In this document: in pieces, positions 1-8,782 of the stretch
How the letters are laid out: each line of letters opens with the position of its first letter
How positions within the stretch are numbered: the stretch's first letter is position 1
Source of the DNA: Candidatus Cloacimonadota bacterium
Lineage (GTDB): Bacteria; Cloacimonadota; Cloacimonadia; JGIOTU-2
Assembly (NCBI GenBank): GCA_049903315.1
Contig: JBNGBT010000008.1
Coordinates: forward strand, 62,330-126,329
Length of the DNA stretch: 64,000 nt
Direction of reading: 5' to 3'
Position numbers and translations under genes: made by a program
The notes under the pieces: generated by a model
Database searches by the model: none
What the model saw: the letters and a program-made list of their open reading frames with translations, nothing else
What the model was told of the DNA's origin: nothing

Positions 1-142
1 TCTCATAACGTCAGGAAATGGTCCCTGACCACTCAGTTCATTCATTAATTAGAAGTTAAATGAATTCAGTGTTGATAATAGTTGACGAAAAAACGGTCTG
101 AAAAAAACTGCGTTACACAGAATAACAGGTAGAAATATACTC

Positions 143-1969
143 ATGCATTCAAAAATCTATGATGTGATCGTAATCGGTGCAGGACATGCTGGCTGCGAAG
201 CAGCACTTGCATCTGCAAAGATGGGTGCCGATACCCTCATGTTCGTCATCAAGCTGGAGACGATCGGCAGGATGTCCTGCAATCCCGCAGTTGGAGGACT
301 TGCAAAAGGTCATCTTACAAGAGAGGTTGATGCTCTTGGAGGTGCCATCGGGCAGGTCATTGATAAAACGGGTATTCACTTCAGGATGCTGAACAGGAGT
401 AAGGGACCGGCAGTCTGGGCTCCACGTGCTCAGGCAGACAGGATCGCATACCAGATCGAGATGCGGTCTGTAGTCGAGCACCAGGAGAATCTTGAAATAA
501 AAGAAGCATTGGTCGAAGAACTCATTGTTGAAGAGGATCATATAAAGGGAGTCTTAACACAATACGGACAGACCTATTATGCTAAAACTGTCATTATTGC
601 AGCTGGTACATTTCTTAATGGTACGATTCATATAGGAAAGAATAATTATTCTGCAGGCAGAGCAGGCGAATTTGCATCTATAAAGCTGTCGGATTCTCTG
701 AAAAAGTGCGGATTCCCACTTGTAAGATTTAAAACAGGCACACCTGCGCGACTCGATTCCCGAACACTTGATTATTCAAAGCTGGAAGAACAAAAACCGG
801 ATGAACCACCCCCCAAATTTTCTTATTATACCGATATTCATCCGAAAAATTATGTAAGTTGTTTTCTCACTTATACGAACAAAAGCACACACAAAATAAT
901 TGCTGATAACATTACCGAATCTTCATTGTTCAGTGGAAATATTACAGGAATTGGTGCGCGGTATTGTCCTTCTATAGAAGATAAAATAAAAAAATTTCCT
1001 GAAAAAGACAGGCATCAGGTTTTTATAGAACCGGAAGGTATCAATACCTTTGAAATGTATGCAAACGGACTGCCCACAAGCTTTCCTCCGCAGGTGCAGC
1101 TTGATATGATTCACTCTGTCGAAGGACTTGAAAAGGCAAAGTTGATGCGCTACGGATATGCGATCGAATATGACTGCATCCCAACAGAATATATCCAATA
1201 CAGCTTAGAAACAAAGTTGGTAAAAGGACTGTTCTTTGCAGGGCAGATCAATGGCACTTCCGGTTATGAGGAAGCTGCTGCGCAAGGAATTATCGCAGGA
1301 ATCAACGCGGTGAAATATGTGCAGAAAAAAGACCCAATTATTATGCATCGTGATAATTCATATATCGGAGTTTTAATCGATGACCTTGTAACCAAAGGAG
1401 TCGATGAGCCCTATCGAATGTTCACTGCACGAGCAGAGTATCGTCTTCATTTGCGGCAGGATAATGCAGATGAGAGGCTCATGCCACTGGGATATGAGTT
1501 GGGACTAATCGATAAATATAGGTACAAACAATTTACCGATGCTCTAAAAATCAAAAATAGAGAGATCAAGAAATTGTTGAAGGAAAATGCAATATCTGAC
1601 TCAGAAAAATCATATAAAATGATAGATATTCTCCGAAGACCAGAAATTGCTTACGGCGATCTTGCAAAATTTGGGTACAAGATTGCAGATGATGTGACCA
1701 ATGCAATCAAAGAGAAAATATCTCTCGAAGTAAAATATGAGGGTTATATAAAGAGGCAGCATCAGGAGATCGAACGGTTTAATTATCTTGAAAGCAAGTC
1801 TATTCCAGCGGATTTCAATTATATGGAATTCGCCACTATTTCTTATGAAGCAAGAGAAAAACTCACAAAAGTTAAACCTCTTTCAGTCGGACAAGCTGCG
1901 CGAATACCCGGAGTAACTTTTGCCGATGTATCGGCACTACTGGTGAAATTAAAAACCCTTGATGCATGA
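143..1969 (+). CDS. mnmG: tRNA uridine-5-carboxymethylaminomethyl(34) synthesis enzyme MnmG (GidA)
   Basis: N-terminal FAD motif VIGAGHAGCEAA, SCNPAVGG, GPAVWAPRAQADR, RYCPSIEDK, GQINGTSGYEEAAAQG; 608 aa. Confidence 0.97.
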   Translation: MHSKIYDVIVIGAGHAGCEAALASAKMGADTLMFVIKLETIGRMSCNPAVGGLAKGHLTREVDALGGAIGQVIDKTGIHFRMLNRSKGPAVWAPRAQADRIAYQIEMRSVVEHQENLEIKEALVEELIVEEDHIKGVLTQYGQTYYAKTVIIAAGTFLNGTIHIGKNNYSAGRAGEFASIKLSDSLKKCGFPLVRFKTGTPARLDSRTLDYSKLEEQKPDEPPPKFSYYTDIHPKNYVSCFLTYTNKSTHKIIADNITESSLFSGNITGIGARYCPSIEDKIKKFPEKDRHQVFIEPEGINTFEMYANGLPTSFPPQVQLDMIHSVEGLEKAKLMRYGYAIEYDCIPTEYIQYSLETKLVKGLFFAGQINGTSGYEEAAAQGIIAGINAVKYVQKKDPIIMHRDNSYIGVLIDDLVTKGVDEPYRMFTARAEYRLHLRQDNADERLMPLGYELGLIDKYRYKQFTDALKIKNREIKKLLKENAISDSEKSYKMIDILRRPEIAYGDLAKFGYKIADDVTNAIKEKISLEVKYEGYIKRQHQEIERFNYLESKSIPADFNYMEFATISYEAREKLTKVKPLSVGQAARIPGVTFADVSALLVKLKTLDA

Positions 1970-2597
1970 TAAATTAGACTTTCAAAATTTTCTGAAACAG
2001 CATAACATTTCAGAACTAGCATTTAATTTATTTGAATTATACGAGAAGATCCTCACAGAAAAAAACAAAAAATTCAACCTCGTTTCAAATACATCACTAG
2101 AAAAAATATGGTTCACTCATTTCTTTGATTCTGTTCTTATTGCCGATTTTCTTGATATTAGCAATGCGAGCCTTCTCGATTTTGGAAGCGGCGGGGGTTT
2201 TCCCGGATTACCATTGAAAATAATCTATCCTTCTATAAAATTATTTTGTGTTGAATCAGTCAGAAAAAAAGTGCTCTTTCTAAAATTCTTAAAACAGGAA
2301 CTGAATCTAAAGGATACAACAATAATTCAATCGCGCTTTGAAGACGTGGAGCAAAGCTTGGAAAATAGTCTTGATTACATCACGGTGCGTGCAGTAAAAA
2401 TGAACGATGATTATTTCCGGAAGGCATTTTCACTCCTGAAACCTTCGGGGAAACTCATATTGTATAAATCAGAAGTTAATATTGATGAAGTTGACAAGAT
2501 TAAGCAGTATGCGGATTGTGAGAAAACAGAAATAATAAGAAAAGAGTATTCCGGGCTCGGTAAAAGAGCCTTTATCATTGTAAAAAAGCATGGCTAA
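1962..2597 (+). CDS. rsmG: 16S rRNA (guanine527-N7) methyltransferase RsmG (GidB)
   Basis: HFFDS, LLDFGSGGGFPGLPL SAM motif; directly follows mnmG. Confidence 0.93.
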   Translation: MHDKLDFQNFLKQHNISELAFNLFELYEKILTEKNKKFNLVSNTSLEKIWFTHFFDSVLIADFLDISNASLLDFGSGGGFPGLPLKIIYPSIKLFCVESVRKKVLFLKFLKQELNLKDTTIIQSRFEDVEQSLENSLDYITVRAVKMNDDYFRKAFSLLKPSGKLILYKSEVNIDEVDKIKQYADCEKTEIIRKEYSGLGKRAFIIVKKHG

Positions 2598-3366
2598 AGC
2601 ACTCGCGATCACAAACCAGAAAGGTGGGGTCGGCAAGACCACAACAGCGATTAATCTTGCTGCTTCGCTCGCATCTTATGGGCAAAAGGTATTGCTTATA
2701 GATCTCGATCCTCAGGCGAATTGTACGAGCGGAATAGGAATAGATAAAAATTATGTGGATGGGCAAATATACGATCTGTTACTTGGAGATTTACACATTT
2801 ATGATGCAATTCTTGAGACAAGCATAGCTAATTTGCGCATAATCCCATCTTCGATAGATCTTATCGGTTGCGAGGTGGAGCTTCTCACCGTCGATGACAA
2901 AGAACAGCGCTTGAAGAAAGTGCTTTCTGCTATTGATGGGAAATTTGATTATATCATTATAGACTGCCCACCGTCTCTCAACATCCTTACAATAAATGCG
3001 ATGGTCGCCTCTAACGATCTGCTTATTCCGATACAGTCAGAATATTATGCATTGGAAGGTATTGCGCAACTGCTTAAAACAATTCAGCTTATCAAGCGAA
3101 AACTTAATCCTGATCTTTCCATTTTTGGCATTGTTATCACGATGTATGACAGAAGAACAATTTTGGCAGAACAGGTCGCAAAAGAGGTTCGAAGATATTT
3201 TAAAGACATAGTTTTCAACACAATAATTGACCGAAATGTAAAATTGAGTGAAGCCCCGAGCTATGGCAAACCGATCCTGACGTATGATATCAGTTCGCGA
3301 GGAGCGCAAAATTACTTGCGCCTTGCACAGGAAGTATTAAAAAAAGATGGAAAGGATGACGTATGA
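2590..3366 (+). CDS. parA: Chromosome partitioning ATPase ParA/Soj
   Basis: Deviant Walker A NQKGGVGKTTT, DLDPQAN, IIIDCPPSL, EYYALEG, LSEAPSYGKP. Confidence 0.96.
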   Translation: MAKALAITNQKGGVGKTTTAINLAASLASYGQKVLLIDLDPQANCTSGIGIDKNYVDGQIYDLLLGDLHIYDAILETSIANLRIIPSSIDLIGCEVELLTVDDKEQRLKKVLSAIDGKFDYIIIDCPPSLNILTINAMVASNDLLIPIQSEYYALEGIAQLLKTIQLIKRKLNPDLSIFGIVITMYDRRTILAEQVAKEVRRYFKDIVFNTIIDRNVKLSEAPSYGKPILTYDISSRGAQNYLRLAQEVLKKDGKDDV

Positions 3367-4199
3367 GCAAACTTGGAAAAGGTTTGGAAGCACTTGTTCA
3401 AATTGATGCAGATGAAAAAACCGGCGTAAAGCTGATCGCAATTAAAGATATATCTTTCAATCCATATCAGCCGAGAAAATCCATCAATAAAAACCAGTTA
3501 CAGGAACTAGCAGACTCCATCGCAGAAAATGGCATTATTCAGCCTATTATTGTAAGAAAAGCAGATAATAACAAATACGAACTCATTGCAGGTCAGCGAA
3601 GATTAACTGCTGCCCAGATCGCAGGATTCGCAAAAGTACCTGCGATAGTACGCACCGCAAAAGACCAGGAAATGCTTGCTCTCGCACTTGTTGAAAATAT
3701 TCAAAGAGAAAATCTGAATGCAGTTGATGAAGCAATGGCGTATCAGATGTTTGTGGATGAATTCAAATATACACATGAAAAAATTGCTGATATCGTTGGT
3801 AAAAGCCGTGTCGCGATCACAAATGCTCTGAGGATTTTGAAATTACCCGAGCCAATTATTGAAATGATAAAAAATGATATACTGTCTGCCGGTCATGCAC
3901 GAGCAATTCTCCAGGTTGATCCTTCTCTGCAAATAGATTTTGCAAATTACATTGTGAAAAACGAAATGTCAGTGCATGCTGCAGAAGCGATTTCTAAAAA
4001 GTTTGAAAATATTAGAAAAGAAAAAAAGCCTGCAAAACGGGATATCCATTTAGTCGCACTTGAACAGGATCTTGAAAAGAGATTTGGAACAAGAGTAAAA
4101 ATTAAAGGATATAAAAAAGGTAAATTCGAGATCTATTACCATACCGAGGATGAATTTGAAAAAATCCTCAATATGATACTTCACAAAAATGAAACATAG
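3363..4199 (+). CDS. parB: Chromosome partitioning protein ParB/Spo0J
   Basis: NPYQPRK, GIIQPIIVR, IAGQRR, ALVENIQRENL, HTH region GKSRVAITNALRIL. Confidence 0.96.
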   Translation: MSKLGKGLEALVQIDADEKTGVKLIAIKDISFNPYQPRKSINKNQLQELADSIAENGIIQPIIVRKADNNKYELIAGQRRLTAAQIAGFAKVPAIVRTAKDQEMLALALVENIQRENLNAVDEAMAYQMFVDEFKYTHEKIADIVGKSRVAITNALRILKLPEPIIEMIKNDILSAGHARAILQVDPSLQIDFANYIVKNEMSVHAAEAISKKFENIRKEKKPAKRDIHLVALEQDLEKRFGTRVKIKGYKKGKFEIYYHTEDEFEKILNMILHKNET

Positions 4200-4845
4200 A
4201 AGATTAGTTGTATTTCTTTCAATAATAATAATAATTTTGGTCGGATCATATATTGTTGTTTCTTTATATCTTATCAGCGATCTGACAACAAAGAATGATA
4301 TTTTAAAACAGGAAAAGCAGGGTTTGGACCTCAAGGTCAAACAACTCGAAGATGTGATTGCCTCATTGCCCAAAGATACAAAAAGCCCGGTTATTCAATC
4401 AAAAGCAGTAGAAAATATTCAGGTGCATGAGAAAGAGCTCGAAGCAGCGACAGATGATTTTATAAACTATCAGCAGTATATACCGAATTTTTGCCCTCTT
4501 GCTGAATTGATCCTTACAAAGCCATATTTGCCAAAGCGAAGCCACTACGGCATAGACCTTGCAGGAAAGATTGGCGAACCGGTTTATGCTGCAGCTTCAG
4601 GAGTCGTGGAATCAATCAATCTTGATGACGAGATCTATGGAAAAATTCTTGTACTCGATCATCTTAATGGATATAAAACAAGTTACGGTCATAACTCCCA
4701 CATAAATGTACAGGTCGGGACCTTTGTGCGCAAAGGAGAACAGATTGCAGAAGTCGGCAACACAGGTATTAGTTCTGCCCCGCACCTGCACTTCGAAATT
4801 TTATTACATGACCAAAATATCGATCCGGAGACAAAAATAAAATGA
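4189..4845 (+). CDS. Membrane-anchored M23 family (LytM-type) metallopeptidase
   Basis: N-terminal TM helix and coiled coil; HYGIDL, YGH and PHLHFEI zinc motifs. Confidence 0.9.
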   Translation: MKHRRLVVFLSIIIIILVGSYIVVSLYLISDLTTKNDILKQEKQGLDLKVKQLEDVIASLPKDTKSPVIQSKAVENIQVHEKELEAATDDFINYQQYIPNFCPLAELILTKPYLPKRSHYGIDLAGKIGEPVYAAASGVVESINLDDEIYGKILVLDHLNGYKTSYGHNSHINVQVGTFVRKGEQIAEVGNTGISSAPHLHFEILLHDQNIDPETKIK

Positions 4846-4859
4846 GATGGAGGTTTTAA

Positions 4860-5231
4860 GTGAAAAACGGAGAAAATAATTTGGATACCATTATTGGAGA
4901 ACATACGAAATTCAATGGAGAAATTCATTCTGAAGGTGGTGTTCGCATCGATGGTGAAGTTGAGGGAAAAATTCATTGTGAAGGTTTTTTACTTATTGGA
5001 GAAAAGGCAAACATCAAAGCCAATATCCAATCCGACGAAGCGATTATTTCTGGCAAAGTCGAGGGGAATATCACTATTGAGAAAAAATTGGAACTTAAGA
5101 GTTCCGCGCTGATCAATGGCGATATTATAGCAAAGGTGCTTTCTATGGAATCTGGAACACAGATCAGCGGAAATTGCAGCATAAAACAGGTTGATACCCA
5201 GAAAAGCACAAAAAAGAGCAAAGAAAAATAA
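4860..5231 (+). CDS. Bactofilin (polymer-forming cytoskeletal protein, CcmA-like)
   Basis: TIIGEHTKFNGEI...RIDGEVEGKI...ISGKVEGNI...INGDI beta-helix pattern; GTG start with GGAGG RBS; next to the M23 gene. Confidence 0.9.
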   Translation: MKNGENNLDTIIGEHTKFNGEIHSEGGVRIDGEVEGKIHCEGFLLIGEKANIKANIQSDEAIISGKVEGNITIEKKLELKSSALINGDIIAKVLSMESGTQISGNCSIKQVDTQKSTKKSKEK

Positions 5232-5236
5232 CCACA

Positions 5237-5473
5237 ATGCCTGTGAAGAACAAAGGGTATTACAAAGAGGTTTTTGAGGGACTCGGGCTTGTGGCACAGC
5301 TCGGTCTCACAATGATTATTAACATTTTAATATTTTTTTTCGTAGGATTATTCATTGAAAAAAAATGGCATCTCAAAGGTATTCCAATAATCATCGGAGT
5401 TTTTTGCGGAGTTGTTTCAGGTGCATTTTCATGTTACCAACTCATAAAAAAAAATGAAAATTCTGACAAATAG
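5237..5473 (+). CDS. ATP synthase accessory membrane protein (AtpZ/gene-1 type)
   Basis: 78 aa, two TM helices, QLGLTMII...GLFIEKKW pattern, first gene of the atp cluster. Confidence 0.75.
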   Translation: MPVKNKGYYKEVFEGLGLVAQLGLTMIINILIFFFVGLFIEKKWHLKGIPIIIGVFCGVVSGAFSCYQLIKKNENSDK

Positions 5474-5837
5474 TTTTCGCAAGTACGTATATCATATTCT
5501 CGGGCTGATTTTCTTGACAGAGATACCGGCTCTTTTGCTTATCACACAAAACTTGAAGCTTTGGCTAGGTTATTTTCTTGGCTCAATTCTCTCAAGTGTG
5601 AATTTTTATTTTCAGGCAAAGGGCGCAGAGAGCAGAGTGGGACTAAGCCCCACAGGAGCAAAATTAAGCGTATTCAGGAATTTTTATATACGCTATTTGG
5701 TTTTGGTTGTATTCGTAGTTGTTTCTGTGAAGTTCTTAGAAGTAAATATTTTTTCTCTTCTTGTCGGCTTACTCATTGCTCCAGCTATTGTTCTAATCGA
5801 TGGTATTCATGCCGGAAAAAATAATCAGGAATCCTAA
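5454..5837 (+). CDS. atpI: ATP synthase protein I (AtpI-like)
   Basis: Four-TM 127-aa protein immediately before subunit a; GYFLGSILSSVNF and YIRY motifs. Confidence 0.75.
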   Translation: MKILTNSFRKYVYHILGLIFLTEIPALLLITQNLKLWLGYFLGSILSSVNFYFQAKGAESRVGLSPTGAKLSVFRNFYIRYLVLVVFVVVSVKFLEVNIFSLLVGLLIAPAIVLIDGIHAGKNNQES

Positions 5838-5853
5838 TAAGATATAAGTTGAT

Positions 5854-6684
5854 ATGAAAAAAAAGTCCAAGAAAGCATTGATAATAGTTCTTATAATAAT
5901 AGTTATTGAGGGGATACTTTCTGTCGGACTTAATCATGAACTTCAGGTTGGAATTGATGATGGCAGATTCGTTATCAGAAATATTGAGAGTGAAAAATCC
6001 ATTCAGGATCAGATCAATCATGAATTCCAAAACTATCATATAGTAAAGCTTTTCGGAAAATTTACTATCAATTGGAGCGTGTTGCGCGTTATTCTTTTTG
6101 TAGATCTTTTTTTGATATTATTTGCAGCGCTTGTCAGACGAAAGATGCATCTTATCCCAGGGAAATTACAAATTATTGCAGAGATGATATATTCGTTTTT
6201 TTCCAGTCTTGTGATTGAAACAGTCGGTGAGAAGAAGAAATATTTCACGCCCTATATTTTTACAATATTTGTGTTTATCTGGATATGCAATATAATCGGA
6301 ATGATCCCCATTCCGGGAAATCTTGAGCCAACCAGGAATTTAAATGTTCCTCTTGGACTAGGACTCATGGCGCTGGTAATTGTTCATTATTCCGCAATAA
6401 AAGAAAAAGGAATGAAGCTCTACCTGAAAGAATATGCCGAACCGATTTCTTTCATGCTCCCCATAAACATTGTCGGCGAAATTGCAAAAGGGATTTCTCT
6501 CTCCTTTCGTCTTTTCGGGAATATTCTTGGAGGAGCTATCATTATTCTCGTAGTTTCGAATCTCACCCGTTTTATTCTTATCCCGGTTGGTCTTAATCTG
6601 TTTTTTGGTTTGTTCATCGGAACGGTGCAGGCATTTGTGTTCACCATGCTTGTGCTGTCATATACCGCAGTGGCAATAAAATAA
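5854..6684 (+). CDS. atpB: F0 ATP synthase subunit a
   Basis: PGKLQIIAE, PTRNLNVPLGL, ISLSFRLFGNILGG with the essential Arg, VQAFVFTML. Confidence 0.95.
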   Translation: MKKKSKKALIIVLIIIVIEGILSVGLNHELQVGIDDGRFVIRNIESEKSIQDQINHEFQNYHIVKLFGKFTINWSVLRVILFVDLFLILFAALVRRKMHLIPGKLQIIAEMIYSFFSSLVIETVGEKKKYFTPYIFTIFVFIWICNIIGMIPIPGNLEPTRNLNVPLGLGLMALVIVHYSAIKEKGMKLYLKEYAEPISFMLPINIVGEIAKGISLSFRLFGNILGGAIIILVVSNLTRFILIPVGLNLFFGLFIGTVQAFVFTMLVLSYTAVAIK

Positions 6685-6685
6685 T

Positions 6686-7417
6686 ATGTTTGATACCTTT
6701 AGTTTAGTACACGTTGCAGCATACCTCGGTGCAGGTCTTGCAGTCGGCATTTCGTCGATCGGAGCAGGCATTGGAGAGGGCTATATTGCAGGCAATGCGA
6801 ACATTGCAATGATGAAGCAGCCGAAATCAAACGATATTCTTCTTCGCACTATGCTTATCGCACAGGCAATTACAGAAACCGGAGCTATCTTTGCACTCGT
6901 GATCGCAATGCTTCTCCTTTTTGGTGGTTCTATTATACCCGAAGCTAACTGGCAGAGGATCGCTTCATTATTTGGTGCGGGACTTGTTATGGGAGCGGGT
7001 TGTCTCGGAACCGGTCTTGGAATCGGGTATGCTGGCGGACAGGCGTGCAAGGGAATAGGCAGGCAGCCACGAGAATCAAAAGTTCTTACAGCAAACATGC
7101 TTATTGGGCAAGCGCTGTCCGAAACATCGGCTATTTTTGCCTTGGTCATTGCGATGCTTCTTCTTTATTCTACACCTGACGGAAACAGCATCGTGAAATC
7201 TTTCGCTTTTATTGGTGCAGCATTTGCAATGGGATTCGGAACGTTCGGTCCCGGATTTGGCATCGGTATTGTGGCGGGAAAAACCGTTGACGGTATCAGC
7301 AGGTTTCCAAAGCAGTCTGCAGTACTTGTGAGAACGATGTTCGTAGGCGCCGCTGTGTCGGAGTCAACTTCAATATATGCATTAGTTATTGCATTTTTAT
7401 TATTATTTGTAGCATGA
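6686..7417 (+). CDS. atpE: Fused triple c subunit (three tandem F-type c hairpins, about six TM helices)
   Basis: Three c-like units with GxGxG helices and QAITETGAIF / QALSETSAIF / AAVSESTSIY, each keeping the ion-binding Glu. Confidence 0.88.
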   Translation: MFDTFSLVHVAAYLGAGLAVGISSIGAGIGEGYIAGNANIAMMKQPKSNDILLRTMLIAQAITETGAIFALVIAMLLLFGGSIIPEANWQRIASLFGAGLVMGAGCLGTGLGIGYAGGQACKGIGRQPRESKVLTANMLIGQALSETSAIFALVIAMLLLYSTPDGNSIVKSFAFIGAAFAMGFGTFGPGFGIGIVAGKTVDGISRFPKQSAVLVRTMFVGAAVSESTSIYALVIAFLLLFVA

Positions 7418-7438
7418 TTATAATCCTTAGGAGGATAC

Positions 7439-7678
7439 ATGGAAAGTGAAATCATTAGAGCGGCAGCATTATTGGGTGCTGGCATTTGTATGGGCTTCGG
7501 TGCTATCGGACCTGGAATCGGCGAAGGTTTTACCGCCGGAAAGGCATGTGAAGGCATCGCACGTTCACCCGAAAACGCCGGACTACTCACCAGAACAATG
7601 CTTGTCGGTCAAGCAGTATCAGAATCAACCGGTATCTATTCACTGGTCATTTCTCTATTACTTATTTTCGCAGTGTAA
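7439..7678 (+). CDS. atpE: F0 ATP synthase subunit c, Na+-type signature
   Basis: 79 aa; GPGIGEG and GQAVSESTGIYS; GGAGG RBS. Confidence 0.95.
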   Translation: MESEIIRAAALLGAGICMGFGAIGPGIGEGFTAGKACEGIARSPENAGLLTRTMLVGQAVSESTGIYSLVISLLLIFAV

Positions 7679-7682
7679 GAAC

Positions 7683-7719
7683 TCCCGTCAAATCGGGAAG
7701 GAACCCCGAAATTTCGGGG
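7683..7719. other. Two hairpins between atpE and atpF
   Basis: TCCCG-tcaaat-CGGGA (7683-7698) and perfect palindrome CCCCGAAATTTCGGGG (7704-7719), whose end overlaps the atpF SD sequence GGAGGAG. Confidence 0.55.
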
Positions 7720-7732
7720 AGGAGTATCAAGT

Positions 7733-8233
7733 ATGGTTAATATTGATTATACGCTTATTCTGGTGATCGTAAATTTCATTGTTTTGCTATTCATCCTGAA
7801 AAAGCTCTTGTATAAGCCGCTCATGGACTTTATCAACAAAAGAGAATCTCAGATAAGAGATGACCTCCAGGGCGCAAAAGAGCTTAAAGAAGAATCTACC
7901 AAGATTCTTGAGAAGCAGAAAGAATTGCTTCGAAAAGCAAAAGAAGAAGCCAGAAGTATACGTGATGAAGCAACAAAAAGTGCGAAAATACAGAGCGAGC
8001 AAATTCTTCATGATTCCGAAAAACAACGGGATGTGATAATACAGGAAGCTCAGGAAATTATCGATGTAGAAGTAAACAAAGCAAAAGAAAGCATTCAGTC
8101 TCAGATTGGAGATTTTGTCATAGAACTGACCGATAAAATCATCGGCAAGAAACTCACCGAAGATGATGATGTGAAACTCATTAACGATATGATAAAAGAA
8201 GAGAGCAAAAAAAAGGAGTCGTCTGTTGATTAG
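7733..8233 (+). CDS. atpF: F0 ATP synthase subunit b
   Basis: N-terminal TM NFIVLLFILKKLLYKP followed by a long charged coiled coil. Confidence 0.93.
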   Translation: MVNIDYTLILVIVNFIVLLFILKKLLYKPLMDFINKRESQIRDDLQGAKELKEESTKILEKQKELLRKAKEEARSIRDEATKSAKIQSEQILHDSEKQRDVIIQEAQEIIDVEVNKAKESIQSQIGDFVIELTDKIIGKKLTEDDDVKLINDMIKEESKKKESSVD

Positions 8234-8756
8234 AAATATCATTGCAAGAAGATACTCATCAGCGCTTCTTGAGATTATCAAGAGGGATGATCTCGTACAT
8301 TTTGAGAATGAGATCTCAGCATTGCAGACAATCCTGAAAGATGAGCCAGAAATTGAGGAATTTCTTGTCTCGCCCATTGTCGAGGATGAGCATAAAACCG
8401 AAATTATTGGGCTTCTCGTAAAAGAATTTAATGCATCAGAGGTGCTGCACAATTTCCTGAATGTACTCGTTGATAAAGAAAGGATATTCTATATTGCAGA
8501 CATTCTTAAGGAATTGATCAGAAGAATACACAAGGAAATCGGCATCTTTGATTTTGAGCTTAAGACAGCACATGAACTCGATGAAGAAACAAGTGAAAAT
8601 ATAAAAAAATTCATCTCAAAATATGTTGATGGAAAAATAATATTTAAACATACGATTGATCGGCATATTAGAGGTGGCTTTCTCGCATTTAATGATGAAC
8701 TGGCGGTAAATGCATCGATCAGAAACAATCTTGATGCTCTGAAAAGAGAGTTTTAA
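8226..8756 (+). CDS. atpH: F1 ATP synthase subunit delta
   Basis: [10 protein letters not shown] start, [17 protein letters not shown]; lies between b and alpha. Confidence 0.9.
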   Translation: MIRNIIARRYSSALLEIIKRDDLVHFENEISALQTILKDEPEIEEFLVSPIVEDEHKTEIIGLLVKEFNASEVLHNFLNVLVDKERIFYIADILKELIRRIHKEIGIFDFELKTAHELDEETSENIKKFISKYVDGKIIFKHTIDRHIRGGFLAFNDELAVNASIRNNLDALKREF

Positions 8757-8782
8757 TATATGAAGCAGATTATTTTAGGAGT

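Noticed and set aside
1..142. Possible oriC or DnaA boxes upstream of mnmG
   Set aside because: No TTATCCACA-like boxes seen in the 142 nt available; a short - strand ORF start at 45 is too truncated to call
2590..5231. parS site near parAB
   Set aside because: No TGTTTCACGTGAAACA-like palindrome noticed on reading
7787..8452. 221-aa - strand ORF and many other 60-175-aa alternative-frame ORFs
   Set aside because: They overlap well-supported genes on the opposite strand or in another frame and show no protein motifs; treated as shadow ORFs
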